NCBI GenBank assembly: GCA_027068085.1
Contig: JAMOUQ010000022.1
Location: forward strand, 23,907 to 87,906
Origin: Desulfobacteraceae bacterium
GTDB taxonomy: Bacteria; Desulfobacterota; Desulfobacteria; Desulfobacterales; Desulfosarcinaceae
Direction of reading: 5' to 3'
Length of the DNA: 64,000 nucleotides
Shown piece by piece: positions 1-9,823 of this stretch. A model generated the notes under the pieces. The model searched no databases, was not told the DNA's origin, and was given only the letters and a program-made list of their open reading frames with translations. Made by a program: the position numbers and the translations under genes. Numbering within the stretch: position 1 is the first letter of the stretch; each line of letters opens with the position of its first letter.

Positions 1-217
1 CGCCTTGGCCAGGGCCGTTTTCAGGGCCATGGGGCAAGAGGAAAAGATCGTCTATATCGATATGCCGCCGCAGTTCAGGGAGCATTACCAGTACTATACC
101 CAGGCCGAAATGGAAAAGCTGAAGTCTTCCGGCTGCCAGGTGGCATGCAGGCAGCTGGAGGAAGCCGTCGAAGATTACATTCAAGGATATCTCAATACCG
201 ATGACCCGTATCTGTAA
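1..217 (+). CDS. hldD: ADP-L-glycero-D-manno-heptose 6-epimerase (HldD/RfaD), C-terminal fragment; 5' end lies outside the window
   Basis: ORF 5..217 reads ...IVYIDMPPQFREHYQYYTQAEMEKLKSSG... This is colinear with the C-terminal [29 protein letters not shown] region of E. coli HldD (from memory). It lies directly upstream of gmhA and hldE. Confidence 0.7.
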   Translation, partial: ALARAVFRAMGQEEKIVYIDMPPQFREHYQYYTQAEMEKLKSSGCQVACRQLEEAVEDYIQGYLNTDDPYL

Positions 218-806
218 GCCAAACAGCGAGCATAAACCGTGGACGCAGGTGATAGATGAGCACCTGCGATGCGTGGAGTCTTTGCGGGCAGCCGCTGACA
301 GCGTTGAAAAAGCCGCCCGGGCCATGACATCCTCCCTGGCAAGGGGCAACAAGATCATGGCCTGCGGCAACGGCGGCTCGGCCGCCGACTGTCAGCATTT
401 TGTGGCTGAAATCGTGGGTCGCTTCAAGCTTGACCGCCCCGGCTGGCCCGCTCTGGCCCTGACCACCGACACCTCCGTACTGACGGCGGTGGGCAACGAT
501 TTCGGCTACCGCCGGGTTTTCAGCCGGCAGGTGGAGGCCCTGGGGCTTGCCGGTGACGTTCTGGTGGGCATATCCACTTCAGGATGCTCGGCCAACGTGA
601 TCGAGGCCTTTGAAGTGGCGGCCGGGAAAGAGATCTTCACCATCGCCCTTACCGGTGCGGCCGATTCGTCCATGGCCATGATGGCCGACCTGGCAATCGG
701 TGTCCCTTCTAGTTCGACGGCCCGGATCCAGGAAGCCCACATCCTGATACTGCATTACTGGGCCCGGAGTGTGGAACAGGCCATGGCCGGCCGGAGGGAA
801 GGATGA
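201..806 (+). CDS. gmhA: D-sedoheptulose-7-phosphate isomerase (SIS domain)
   Basis: 201 aa with GmhA-type motifs KIMACGNGGSAADCQHFVAEIVGRF and GISTSGCSANV. The ATG at 201 overlaps the hldD stop; the true start may be slightly downstream. Confidence 0.85.
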   Translation: MTRICKPNSEHKPWTQVIDEHLRCVESLRAAADSVEKAARAMTSSLARGNKIMACGNGGSAADCQHFVAEIVGRFKLDRPGWPALALTTDTSVLTAVGNDFGYRRVFSRQVEALGLAGDVLVGISTSGCSANVIEAFEVAAGKEIFTIALTGAADSSMAMMADLAIGVPSSSTARIQEAHILILHYWARSVEQAMAGRREG

Positions 807-811
807 GTTAA

Positions 812-2254
812 ATGCAGCTTACACCGGCTTTTGACAAGCACACCGTTGTGGTGGTCGGCGACGTGATGCTCGATATCTACTACTGGGGCGAGGTAAAGAG
901 GATATCGCCGGAAGCGCCTGTTCCCGTGGTGCTGGTGGAGCACAAGACCAACCGCCTGGGAGGAGCGGGCAATGTGGCCATGAACCTGGCGGCCCTGGGC
1001 TGCAAGTGCCGGCTGGCGGGAGTACGGGGACGTGACCTGCCGGGCGAGGTCCTGGAGCGCAGGCTCCGACAGGCGGGCATAGAAGGCCGCCTTCTAAAGA
1101 GCCGGAACCACGTTACCACCACCAAGACGCGCATAATCGGAGGCGGGCAGCAGCTGGTGCGCCTGGATGACGAAACCGTCCGGCCCCTGGACCGGGAGTC
1201 GGCTCAAGGCGTCTTGAAACAGTTTGATCAGGCCGTTGAAGGCGCTCATGCGGTGGTGATTTCCGATTACGGCAAGGCGGTCTTCAAAGGAGACCTGGCA
1301 GCCAGGATAATCGACCATTGCCGCAGCCGGGGCATACCGGTTCTGGTCGATCCCAAGGGCCCGGACTGGTCCGGCTACCGGGGAGCGACCTGCGTCACCC
1401 CCAACTGGTCCGAGTTTCTCCAGGCCGCTGCCAGTTACAACCTGGGGGGCGAGATGGAGGATGTGGCCCGGGGACTGCTGGAGGCCGCCGACCTGGACTA
1501 TCTGCTGGTCACCCGCGGTGCAAAGGGGATGGAGCTTTTCGGCCGCCGGGCCGAGCGGGCTTCCATCGGCGCCCTGGCCAGGGAGGTGTTCGATGTTTCC
1601 GGCGCCGGAGACACGGTGATTTCAACCCTGGCCGCCTGCCTTGCCAGCGGAACCGACATGCAGACCGCGGCCCGGATGGCCAACGCGGCCGCCGGTGTGG
1701 TGGTTGGCAAACTGGGAACCAATCCGGTCACCCGCCAGGAACTGGAACAGGCCCTGGCCACGGAAGGGCTCGTGGGCGGCGGCAAGGTCAAGACCCGGGA
1801 CCAGGCGGCCGCCCTGGTGGCCACCTGGAAGAGCCGGGGCCGGAAAGTGGTTTTCACCAACGGCTGCTTCGATCTTCTGCACGTGGGCCATGTCCGGTTG
1901 CTCGAGGCTGCGGCCTCCAGGGGAGACGCACTGGTGGTGGGGCTCAACTCGGACGACTCGGTCACCCGCCTCAAAGGTCCTTCCAGGCCCATCATGGACC
2001 AGAAGCAGCGGGCCGCCATGCTGGCGGGGATAACGGCGGTAGACCTGGTGGTGATTTTCGATCAGGACACGCCCCTGGAACTGATCAGGACCCTCAAGCC
2101 CGACATCCTCGTCAAGGGAGGAGATTACACCGTCGAAACGGTCGTCGGTCACGAGCTTGTTGCAAGCTGGGGCGGCCGGGTGGAACTGGTTCCACTTGTT
2201 GACGGCATCAGCACCAGCCAGGTGATCGCCTCGGTCAAACAGCGTTGCGGCTGA
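812..2254 (+). CDS. hldE: bifunctional D-beta-D-heptose 7-phosphate kinase / D-beta-D-heptose 1-phosphate adenylyltransferase
   Basis: 480 aa. N-terminal PfkB-type kinase (DVSGAGDTVIS) and C-terminal cytidylyltransferase fold (VVFTNGCFDLLHVGHVRLL). Confidence 0.9.
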   Translation: MQLTPAFDKHTVVVVGDVMLDIYYWGEVKRISPEAPVPVVLVEHKTNRLGGAGNVAMNLAALGCKCRLAGVRGRDLPGEVLERRLRQAGIEGRLLKSRNHVTTTKTRIIGGGQQLVRLDDETVRPLDRESAQGVLKQFDQAVEGAHAVVISDYGKAVFKGDLAARIIDHCRSRGIPVLVDPKGPDWSGYRGATCVTPNWSEFLQAAASYNLGGEMEDVARGLLEAADLDYLLVTRGAKGMELFGRRAERASIGALAREVFDVSGAGDTVISTLAACLASGTDMQTAARMANAAAGVVVGKLGTNPVTRQELEQALATEGLVGGGKVKTRDQAAALVATWKSRGRKVVFTNGCFDLLHVGHVRLLEAAASRGDALVVGLNSDDSVTRLKGPSRPIMDQKQRAAMLAGITAVDLVVIFDQDTPLELIRTLKPDILVKGGDYTVETVVGHELVASWGGRVELVPLVDGISTSQVIASVKQRCG

Positions 2255-2274
2255 CGAACGGCCGCAGATTTTTA
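2246..2274 (+). terminator. possible intrinsic terminator after hldE
   Basis: TGCGGC-(9 nt loop containing the hldE stop)-GCCGCA followed by GATTTTTA. The stem is short (6 bp). Confidence 0.4.
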
Positions 2275-2335
2275 CCAGAGCCAAGGCTTCTTTCCCACAA
2301 TTATACGCCTGCCTTACCGGCATACCACCGCCTGC

Positions 2336-2349
2336 GTCAAGAAATTGAC
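2336..2349. promoter_or_regulatory. FleQ-box-like palindrome GTCAAGAAATTGAC (candidate enhancer/UAS)
   Basis: Perfect GTCAA-N4-TTGAC palindrome centred about 84 bp upstream of the GG of the sigma54 promoter at 2426. Confidence 0.45.
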
Positions 2350-2425
2350 CGCAGGGTATGCTTCCGCCTGTCGGCCTGTGTAATTAACCCGAAGGAATAA
2401 CAGATGATTTTCAGTTTTCAGGAAT

Positions 2426-2441
2426 TGGTATATGCCTTGCA
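2426..2441 (+). promoter_or_regulatory. sigma54 (-24/-12) promoter of the sugar-nucleotide/glycosyltransferase operon
   Basis: TGGTATATGCCTTGCA matches TGGCACG-N4-TTGCW with exact GG-N10-GC spacing. It lies 86 nt upstream of the ATG at 2527, in a 272-bp intergenic gap. Confidence 0.65.
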
Positions 2442-2526
2442 AGCCTGTCATGGACAGAAGGAAAGCTGAAATCTGTCTGCCGGCAAGCAGGGTGACGGCA
2501 CGGGCAGCTCAGGCCAGGGCGGGAAT

Positions 2527-3306
2527 ATGGTTAAAGGCACGCATCACGGGAAGCAAAAACGTATCAGGACAGGCAGTCTCCGGGCGGTGATCCTGGCAGG
2601 GGGGCTGGGAACCAGGCTGAGGCCGGTTGTCAGCCATGTGCCCAAGACAATGGCCCCGGTGGGACAAAGGCCCTTTTTGTCCTACCTGCTGGACTGGCTC
2701 CAGGACCAGGGCATACGAAGGGTATTGCTTTGCACCGGGTATCTGGGAGAGCAGATCGAAGCTTGCTACGGAAGCGGCTACGGCCGGATCAGCCTTTCCT
2801 ACTGCAGGGAAGAAAAACCGATGGGGACAGGCGGAGCTTTGGCGCTGGCAAGTGGGCTGATCGATTCCGCCCACTTGCTGGTCTTGAACGGAGACTCTTT
2901 TTGCCAGGTGGACCTGGGGCATTTTCTGGAATGGCACCTGGGAAAAGGCGCCTGCGCTTCATTGGTCACTGTCCGCCGTCCGGACGCCGGGCGATACGGC
3001 AGGGTGAGTTTCAGCCGTTCCGGCAGGGTAACGGCCTTTGAAGAAAAACAGCAACAGAATATTCCCGGCTGGATAAACGGCGGAATCTACCTTTTCCGGA
3101 GCCGGGCCATCGCGGAACTTGAAAGAAAGGGGCCGTTTTCCATCGAGTACGACCTGCTGCCTTCGTTGTTGGCAAGAGGGCTTTTCGCCTTCCGGAGCCG
3201 GGGTGGCTTCATAGACATCGGCACACCGGAAGACTACCGCCGGGCAGGAGAGTTCTTTGCCGCACGGCGGCACGCGGAGTCTGCCGGGCAGGTTTCAATC
3301 TGTTGA
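2527..3306 (+). CDS. sugar-1-phosphate nucleotidyltransferase (HddC-like heptose-1-phosphate guanylyltransferase candidate)
   Basis: 259 aa. N-terminal AVILAGGLGTRLRP pyrophosphorylase signature. Adjacent to a COG2605-type GHMP kinase, as in GDP-heptose loci. Confidence 0.75.
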   Translation: MVKGTHHGKQKRIRTGSLRAVILAGGLGTRLRPVVSHVPKTMAPVGQRPFLSYLLDWLQDQGIRRVLLCTGYLGEQIEACYGSGYGRISLSYCREEKPMGTGGALALASGLIDSAHLLVLNGDSFCQVDLGHFLEWHLGKGACASLVTVRRPDAGRYGRVSFSRSGRVTAFEEKQQQNIPGWINGGIYLFRSRAIAELERKGPFSIEYDLLPSLLARGLFAFRSRGGFIDIGTPEDYRRAGEFFAARRHAESAGQVSIC

Positions 3307-3319
3307 CTGGCCACGGGAT

Positions 3320-4315
3320 ATGATCATTTCAAAGACACCATACCGGATTTCTTTTTTCGGAGGCGGAACCGACTATCCGGCCTGGTACCGCAGGCACGGC
3401 GGAGCGGTTCTTTCCACCACCATCGACAAGTACTGCTATATCAGTTGCCGGGTGCTGCCCCGTTTTTTCGACCACAAGTACCGGGTGGTCTGGTCGCACA
3501 TCGAAAACGTTTCCAGCATAGGAGAAATCCTGCATCCTGCCGTCCGGGAGGGGCTGCGCTACCTGGGAGTCAACGGCGAGATGGGGCTTGAAATCCATCA
3601 CCAGGGAGATCTTCCGGCCCGGGCCGGCATGGGATCGAGCTCGGCCTTTGCCGTCGGGCTGATCAAGGTCATTACGGCCCTCAAGGGCCAGATGCTGGAC
3701 AAACACCAGCTGGCCCTGGCAGCCATAGATTTCGAGCAGAACGTGCTCAAGGAGAACGTGGGTTCCCAGGACCAGATGGCGACGGCCTACGGAGGCTTCA
3801 ATATCTTCCGCTTCAACCGGGACGGCTCCATTCAGGCAGAACCCATCACCCTGCCGCCGGAAAGGATCAGGGATCTGGAACGCCACCTGGTCATGCTTTA
3901 CACCGGCACCAGCCGCCTTTCTTCGGAGATTGCCGGAGAAATAATCTGTCAGGTGAGCCAACGCCAGGAGGTGTTGCAACAAATGAGACAGATGGTTGAC
4001 CGGGCGGTGGACATCCTGCGCGGCCCGGAATCCATAATCGAATTCGGCCGCCTGCTGGACCGCAGCTGGCACCTCAAACGGCAACTGGCCGATAAGGTAA
4101 GCAATCCGGCCATAGACCGCATCTACCGGAAAGCCCTGGAAAGCGGGGCCGTGGGAGGAAAGTTGCTGGGCGCCGGAGGTTCGGGGTTCATGATTTTCTT
4201 TGTTCCGCCTGAAAAAAGGATGCAGCTTCAGCAGGCCCTGGAAGGTTACCTCCAGGTGCCTTTCAGGTTCGAAAAACAGGGCGCAAGCCTTATTCACTAT
4301 TCCAATGATGACTGA
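3320..4315 (+). CDS. GHMP-family sugar kinase (HddA-like D-glycero-D-manno-heptose 7-phosphate kinase candidate)
   Basis: MIISKTPYRISFFGGGTDYP N-terminus and GHMP motif GDLPARAGMGSSSAF. The start is moved to the ATG at 3320 because the ORF-track start at 3257 overlaps the upstream gene. Confidence 0.75.
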   Translation: MIISKTPYRISFFGGGTDYPAWYRRHGGAVLSTTIDKYCYISCRVLPRFFDHKYRVVWSHIENVSSIGEILHPAVREGLRYLGVNGEMGLEIHHQGDLPARAGMGSSSAFAVGLIKVITALKGQMLDKHQLALAAIDFEQNVLKENVGSQDQMATAYGGFNIFRFNRDGSIQAEPITLPPERIRDLERHLVMLYTGTSRLSSEIAGEIICQVSQRQEVLQQMRQMVDRAVDILRGPESIIEFGRLLDRSWHLKRQLADKVSNPAIDRIYRKALESGAVGGKLLGAGGSGFMIFFVPPEKRMQLQQALEGYLQVPFRFEKQGASLIHYSNDD

Positions 4316-4321
4316 CAGGCA

Positions 4322-5173
4322 ATGCAGAAAAACTTGACAGCAAAGCAATTGGCTGAAACCGCCCGCCGCCTGCGCAAGGTGGTGCTGGAGATGTGCATCG
4401 CCCGGGGAGGGCATCTTGCATCTTCCTTTTCCTGCCTGGAGATCCTGGTGACCCTGTATCACGGCGGGGTTTTGAGATTCGATCCGCGACGGCCTGATTG
4501 GCCGGCAAGGGACCGCTTCGTTTTGAGCAAGGGCCATGCCGAAGCCGCCTACTACGCCGTTCTGGCCGATCTTGGATTCTTTCCTTCCTTCTGGCTGGAA
4601 AAGCACTACCGCCGGGGTGAATGCCGCCTGGGAGGACATCCCGATCACCGCCTGCCCGGGGTAGAGGTCAGCACCGGCGCCCTGGGCCACGGACTGGGTT
4701 TGGCGGTGGGAATGGCCATGGCCGCCAAGGCCGAGCGGGTGGCCAGGCGTCAATTTGTACTGATGGGTGATGCCGAGTGCACCGAGGGGGCCGTCTGGGA
4801 AGCGGCCCTGCTGGCAGCCCGCCGCGAACTCGACAATCTGGTGGCCATCATCGACCGCAACCGGATCGGCTCCATCGACTACACTGAGAATTATACCCGC
4901 CTGGAGCCTTTTAAGGACAAGTGGCAGGCTTTCGGCTGGCAGGTGGAGCAGTGCGACGGTCACGATCCGTCCCAGTTGCTACAGAAACTTGACAGCCTGC
5001 TGGAAAGCCAAAACCCAGCGCCTGGGATGTTGATTGCCAACACCGTAAAAGGCAAAGGGATTGATTTCATGGAGGACGATCCCATCTGGCACGTGCGTCC
5101 CCTGCAAGATCACGATCTTATCGCGGCGGCCCGCCGGCAGGTGGAAGGAGAACCTCTTCATGGAGATGCGTGA
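4322..5173 (+). CDS. transketolase, N-terminal (ThDP pyrophosphate-binding) subunit
   Basis: 283 aa with GGHLASSFSCLEILVTLY, HPDHRLPGVEVSTGALGHGLG and GDAECTEGAVWEAA motifs typical of split transketolases. Confidence 0.85.
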   Translation: MQKNLTAKQLAETARRLRKVVLEMCIARGGHLASSFSCLEILVTLYHGGVLRFDPRRPDWPARDRFVLSKGHAEAAYYAVLADLGFFPSFWLEKHYRRGECRLGGHPDHRLPGVEVSTGALGHGLGLAVGMAMAAKAERVARRQFVLMGDAECTEGAVWEAALLAARRELDNLVAIIDRNRIGSIDYTENYTRLEPFKDKWQAFGWQVEQCDGHDPSQLLQKLDSLLESQNPAPGMLIANTVKGKGIDFMEDDPIWHVRPLQDHDLIAAARRQVEGEPLHGDA

Positions 5174-6101
5174 CCGCTTCATAGACAGGATTTACCGGGC
5201 GGCCCTGGAAGATGAGCGGATCGTCTTCTTGTCGTGTGAATACGGGGCTCCCGGCCTGGACAGGTTCAGGGCCGATTTGCCGGACCAGTTCATCAATGTC
5301 GGCATCAGCGAGCAGAACGCCGTCTCGGTGGCTGCCGGCCTGGCCAAGGAGGGCAGGCGGGTTGTCGTTTACAGCATCGCCTCCTTCATAACCCTGCGCT
5401 GCCTGGAGCAGGTAAAACTCGATCTTTGCGCCATGGGCCTTCCGGTGACCATTGCCGCCGTGGGGCCGGGATGGGCCTACGGTGTGGACGGGCCGACCCA
5501 CCACGCCACCGAGGACCTGGCCCTGATGCGGGCCATGGCCGGCATGACCATCTTCAGCCCCGGCGACGGCATGACCGTGGAGCTGGCGGCCGACACGGCT
5601 CTGGGGTCAGACGGCCCTGTATATTGCCGCCTGGACCGGGGTGATTTCCCGGTTCTGGGTAAGATCTCGGCCGCGGACAAGCAAAACGGCTTCCGGCTTT
5701 TCGGTGGCCCGGCCCGCATCTGCCTGGTGACAACCGGTTCAATGGTGCACCAGGCTCTGGAGGCGGCCCGCAAGGTGGCCGGTCAGGGAGTGGAACTTGC
5801 CGTGCTGGATCTTTTCCGGATCAAGCCCCTGGAGACCCATGCCCTGGCAGAAGTTTTGGACGGATACGATTTTCTTCTGACCCTGGAGGAACACACCATC
5901 AACGGCGGGTTGGGATCGGCTGTGGCCGAGGTGTTGATTGATTACGGCCTGAAGGCCGGTTTGCGGAAAATGGCAATAGCTGACGAGCGCCTGTATGCTT
6001 ACGGTTCGCGCGACAGGTTGAGAAACAATGCCGGAATTGATGGTCCAGCCGTGGTTGATGCGGTCCTGGAGGCGGCTGGTAAGCGCCGTAGTGCGGCCTG
6101 A
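5160..6101 (+). CDS. transketolase, C-terminal (pyrimidine-binding) subunit
   Basis: The ATG at 5160 overlaps the upstream stop. FINVGISEQNAVSVAAGLA and GPTHHATEDLALMRAM motifs. Confidence 0.85.
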   Translation: MEMRDRFIDRIYRAALEDERIVFLSCEYGAPGLDRFRADLPDQFINVGISEQNAVSVAAGLAKEGRRVVVYSIASFITLRCLEQVKLDLCAMGLPVTIAAVGPGWAYGVDGPTHHATEDLALMRAMAGMTIFSPGDGMTVELAADTALGSDGPVYCRLDRGDFPVLGKISAADKQNGFRLFGGPARICLVTTGSMVHQALEAARKVAGQGVELAVLDLFRIKPLETHALAEVLDGYDFLLTLEEHTINGGLGSAVAEVLIDYGLKAGLRKMAIADERLYAYGSRDRLRNNAGIDGPAVVDAVLEAAGKRRSAA

Positions 6102-6121
6102 GGTAAAAGGAGTAAAGCTGG

Positions 6122-7054
6122 ATGAAGATCTTGGTGACAGGTGGAGCAGGCTACATCGGTTCGGTACTGGTACCGCAGCTTCTGGACAAGGGCTGGCAGG
6201 TGACGGTGGTGGACAATTTCATGTACGGGCAGGGCTCCTTGCTCGATTGCTGCCACCGGCAAGAACTGGAGATAATAAGGGGCGATGTGCGCGACAAGGA
6301 CCTGATGCGCCGGCTGGTCGCCGGCCACGACGCCATCCTGCCCCTTGCCTGCCTGGTGGGGGCTCCGCTTTGCGCCCTGAGGCCCGACGAGGCCCGGGCG
6401 GTAAACTACGATGCGGTCAAAACCATCGTCGAGGCTGCCGGAGCGCAGCAGGCCATAATTTTTCCCACCACCAACAGCGGCTACGGGGTGGGGCAGAAAG
6501 GGGTCTTTTGCACCGAGCAGACTCCCCTCAATCCGGTCTCACTCTACGGCCGGCTGAAAGTCGATATCGAAAAGGCCCTCCTTGACAGGGGCAACGCCAT
6601 AACCCTGAGGCTGGCCACGGTTTTCGGAATCAGCCCCAGGATGCGGATCGACCTGCTGGTCAACGATTTCACCTACCGGGCGGTGCACGACGGTTTCGTG
6701 GTCCTCTACCAGGCCCGTTTCATGCGCAACTACATCCATGTCCGCGACGTGGCCGCCGCCTTCATCCACTGCCTGGAAAACTTCGGCCGCCTGCCCAAGG
6801 AAGCCTACAACGTGGGACTGAGCGACGCCAACCTGAGCAAGTGGCAGCTTTGCCAGGAGATCAAGAAGCAGGTGCCTGATTTCTATTTTGTGGAGGCCGA
6901 GGTGGGAGAAGATCCGGACAAGCGCGATTACATCGTCAGCAACGCCAAGTTCGAGGCCACCGGTTTTTTGCCGGGCTTCGGTCTCCGGCAGGGGATCGCC
7001 GAGCTGATCAAGGGCTACCGGGTAATCAAGCGCAACCAGTACGCCAACCTGTGA
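6122..7054 (+). CDS. NAD-dependent epimerase/dehydratase (extended SDR)
   Basis: 310 aa. MKILVTGGAGYIGS Rossmann motif and a YGRLK catalytic YxxxK. Confidence 0.8.
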   Translation: MKILVTGGAGYIGSVLVPQLLDKGWQVTVVDNFMYGQGSLLDCCHRQELEIIRGDVRDKDLMRRLVAGHDAILPLACLVGAPLCALRPDEARAVNYDAVKTIVEAAGAQQAIIFPTTNSGYGVGQKGVFCTEQTPLNPVSLYGRLKVDIEKALLDRGNAITLRLATVFGISPRMRIDLLVNDFTYRAVHDGFVVLYQARFMRNYIHVRDVAAAFIHCLENFGRLPKEAYNVGLSDANLSKWQLCQEIKKQVPDFYFVEAEVGEDPDKRDYIVSNAKFEATGFLPGFGLRQGIAELIKGYRVIKRNQYANL

Positions 7055-7062
7055 GGAGGAAC

Positions 7063-8058
7063 ATGCAAACAGCCTACCGCAAGATCATGGTAACCGGTGC
7101 CAGCGCAGTGCTGGGAACCGCCATCTGCGCCGAAAGCCGCAACCATACCGGCCGGGATTTTCTTTTTCTTTCGTCCCGGGACTGCGACCTTACCGATCCT
7201 GAGGCCACCGACCGGCTGTTCGAGCGCTTCAGGCCGGATGCGGTCATGCACCTGGCGGCGGTAAGCGGCGGGATCGGCCTGAGCATGAAGTACCCGGCCA
7301 CCTTGCTGCGGGACAACGTGATGATGACCTTCAACGTCCTGGAGGCGGCCCGCCGGCACCAGGTGGCCAAGACCATCATGACCCTGACGACCGGCATGTA
7401 TCCGCCCCAGGCCCCCCTGCCGCTGAACGAGGACAACATCCACGACGGCTATCCCCACCAGTCCAACTACGGCTCGTCCTTTGCCAAGCGGCTGATCGAT
7501 CCGGCCATCAGGGCCTACCGCGAGCAGTACGGGCTGAACGTCATCGGGCTGATACCTTCGGGCATCTTCGGCGAAAACGACAATTTCAACCCCCAGGACG
7601 CACCCATGGTGCCGGCCCTGATAAGAAGGATGTATGCCGCCCGCAAAACCGATGAGCCCATCGTCATCTGGGGGGACGGAACTCCGTTGCGGGAATACAC
7701 CTATTGCCGCGATCTTGCCAGGATCTACTTTTGGGCCCTGGACAACTACGACGAGGGCCAGGTCCTGAACATCGGCACCACCGAGGAGAATTCCGTCAGG
7801 GACATCGCCTTCATGATTGCCGACAAGCTGGGCATAGACCGTGGCCGGATCCGCTTCGATCCGGCCAGGCCAAACGGGGTGTTGCGCAAAAGCACGGACA
7901 ACTCGCGGTTTATCCGCCTTTCGGGCTTCAGATACACGCCCTTTGAGGTGGGACTTGAAAAGACCATCGCCTGGTTTGTCAGGACCTATGAACAGAATCC
8001 CGGACAGCTCAGGATGGGATCCAAGGCCCGGGAGGCAGCGCAGCCACAGGCGGCCTGA
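7063..8058 (+). CDS. GDP-L-fucose-synthase-like SDR (NDP-4-keto-sugar epimerase/reductase candidate)
   Basis: KIMVTGASAVLGTAI Rossmann motif and overall GFS/WcaG-like layout (NEDNIHDGYPHQSNYGSSFAKR). ATG at 7063 is preceded by GAGGAGGA. Confidence 0.7.
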   Translation: MQTAYRKIMVTGASAVLGTAICAESRNHTGRDFLFLSSRDCDLTDPEATDRLFERFRPDAVMHLAAVSGGIGLSMKYPATLLRDNVMMTFNVLEAARRHQVAKTIMTLTTGMYPPQAPLPLNEDNIHDGYPHQSNYGSSFAKRLIDPAIRAYREQYGLNVIGLIPSGIFGENDNFNPQDAPMVPALIRRMYAARKTDEPIVIWGDGTPLREYTYCRDLARIYFWALDNYDEGQVLNIGTTEENSVRDIAFMIADKLGIDRGRIRFDPARPNGVLRKSTDNSRFIRLSGFRYTPFEVGLEKTIAWFVRTYEQNPGQLRMGSKAREAAQPQAA

Positions 8059-8082
8059 CCAGGGCCGCCGGGAAAGGGACGA

Positions 8083-9069
8083 ATGATGCAGTACCGCCGG
8101 CTTGGCACAACCGGAATCGAGGTGTCGGAGATAGGCCAGGGCACCTGGGGCCTGGGCGGCGACGCCTACGGTCCGGTAGATGAGCGGACATCGGTGGCCG
8201 TCCTGGAACGGGCATTTGCCGCCGGGGTGAACTTTTTCGACACCTCCGACCTTTACGGCAACGGCCGCAGCGAGCTGCTGCTGGCAAAGACCTTCAAGGG
8301 CCGCCGGGACAGGATCGTTATCGCCACCAAGGGCGGCATGCTGCCCCACCGCGGTTTCCACATGCCCCAGGATTTTTCCCCCGGCCACCTGGCCGGGTCC
8401 CTGGAGGCGAGCCTGAGGCGGCTGCAGACCGATTATGTCGATGTCTACCAGCTTCACAGCCCGCCGCGGGAAGTACTCGACCGGCAGGAAGTGTTCAAAC
8501 TGCTGGAAGACTTTCAGCGCCAGGGCAAGGTCAGAACCTTCGGCATTTCGGCCCGCTCGCCCGACGACGCCCTCTATGCCGTAAAAAAATACGCCATCGC
8601 CGTTGTCCAGGTGAACTTCAATCTTCTCGACCTGCGGGCCGTCGACAACGGGCTGTTTGCCGCCGCCGCCCGAAAGACGGGAATAATAGTTCGCACGCCG
8701 CTGGTTTTCGGGTTTCTCAGCGACAGCCTGAAGGCCGACCAGGGCTTTGCTCCCAATGACCACCGGGCCAACTGGCCCCCGGACCAGCGCCGGCGCTGGG
8801 TCGATGCCCGCGGCAGGTTCTCCTTTCTGTGGCATAAGACAGGCCGCACCCAGATTCAGGCGGCCCTGCGGTTCATCCTCGATTTCGAGGCGGTATCTAC
8901 CACCATCCCGGGCATGCTGACCTGCGGCCAGGTGGATGAAGACGTCCAGGCAAGCGGCCTGGCTCCGCTTTCAGAGGCAGAACACGAAAGGATCCGGATG
9001 ATCTACCATGAAAACGATTTCTATGACAAAAGCGCCAAACAACGGGGCAGGGGAGCCCAAGCCGCCTGA
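8083..9069 (+). CDS. aldo/keto reductase
   Basis: 328 aa. MQYRRLGTTGIEVSEIGQGTWGLGG, FFDTSDLYGNGRSE and DVYQLHSP motifs. Confidence 0.85.
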   Translation: MMQYRRLGTTGIEVSEIGQGTWGLGGDAYGPVDERTSVAVLERAFAAGVNFFDTSDLYGNGRSELLLAKTFKGRRDRIVIATKGGMLPHRGFHMPQDFSPGHLAGSLEASLRRLQTDYVDVYQLHSPPREVLDRQEVFKLLEDFQRQGKVRTFGISARSPDDALYAVKKYAIAVVQVNFNLLDLRAVDNGLFAAAARKTGIIVRTPLVFGFLSDSLKADQGFAPNDHRANWPPDQRRRWVDARGRFSFLWHKTGRTQIQAALRFILDFEAVSTTIPGMLTCGQVDEDVQASGLAPLSEAEHERIRMIYHENDFYDKSAKQRGRGAQAA

Positions 9070-9823
9070 CCCTTCCCGCTTCACCGAGCCCTCGCGTACC
9101 AGGCGATGGGAAATCGACTGGCGGGCCGGGGCCGGTGAATACTTCGATACCGGCATCGGAACCACAATAGAAAAGTTGCAGAACTTTGCCAAGTACGTTC
9201 CGACCCAGGACCTGCGCAAGTTCATCTGCCGCTGCGAGCTTTTCCGCAAGGTTCTCCATGTCCACGGCTCGATTATCGAGTGCGGGGTGCTCTACGGCGG
9301 GGGGCTGATGACCTGGGCTCAGCTGAGCGAGATTTTCGAACCCCTCAACCACACCCGCAACATCATCGGCTTCGACACCTTCGAAGGTTTTGTGAAAGTT
9401 TCGCCAAAAGACCGCCCGGGCAAAGCCGCCCAGTGCAAACCGGGAGGCCTGGCGTTAGACAGCTACCAGGACCTGCTGCGCTGCATCGAGCTGTACGATC
9501 AGAGCCGGTTTTTAGGCCATATCCCAAAGGTGCGGCTGGTCAAGGGGGACGTGGCTGAGACATTGCCGGTTTTCCTTGAGCAATTTCCTCATCTTGTGGT
9601 CAGCTTGTTGTGGCTCGATTTCGATCTTTACGAGCCCACGGCCGTGGCCCTGGAGCTGCTTGTACCCCGGATTCCAAAGGGCGGCATAATCGCCTTTGAT
9701 GAATTAAACCACGAGATGTGGCCCGGAGAGACGATCGCCGTGATGGAAAAGATAGGAATCACCGATCTGCGGGTCCAGAGGTTTCCCTTTGGGGGGACGG
9801 TGTCTTATGCAGTCATTGAATAG
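9008..9823 (+). CDS. TylF/MycF-like SAM-dependent O-methyltransferase
   Basis: 271 aa. GSIIECGVLYGGGLMTW ... GFDTFEGF ... LLWLDFDLYEPT pattern of the macrocin O-methyltransferase family. The start is uncertain because the ORF overlaps the AKR gene by 62 nt. Confidence 0.6.
   Translation: MKTISMTKAPNNGAGEPKPPDPSRFTEPSRTRRWEIDWRAGAGEYFDTGIGTTIEKLQNFAKYVPTQDLRKFICRCELFRKVLHVHGSIIECGVLYGGGLMTWAQLSEIFEPLNHTRNIIGFDTFEGFVKVSPKDRPGKAAQCKPGGLALDSYQDLLRCIELYDQSRFLGHIPKVRLVKGDVAETLPVFLEQFPHLVVSLLWLDFDLYEPTAVALELLVPRIPKGGIIAFDELNHEMWPGETIAVMEKIGITDLRVQRFPFGGTVSYAVIE

Noticed and set aside
2404-2469. 21-codon mini-ORF (MIFSFQELVYALQACHGQKES) in the hldE/2527 intergenic region
   Set aside because: It overlaps the sigma54 promoter itself and has no SD. 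It is most likely fortuitous.
3329-4963. 544-aa ORF on the minus strand, antisense to the GHMP kinase and transketolase genes
   Set aside because: It is a typical high-GC antisense shadow ORF. The translation is Gly/Pro/Ala/Arg-rich with no recognisable motif, while the plus-strand genes have clear family signatures. The same reasoning applies to 7015-8835(-), 13466-14845(-), 19885-21021(-), 28084-29349(-), 56320-57609(-), 59261-60217(-), 1318-2202(+), 20391-21455(+), 21518-22540(+), 24412-25608(+) and 30399-31259(+).
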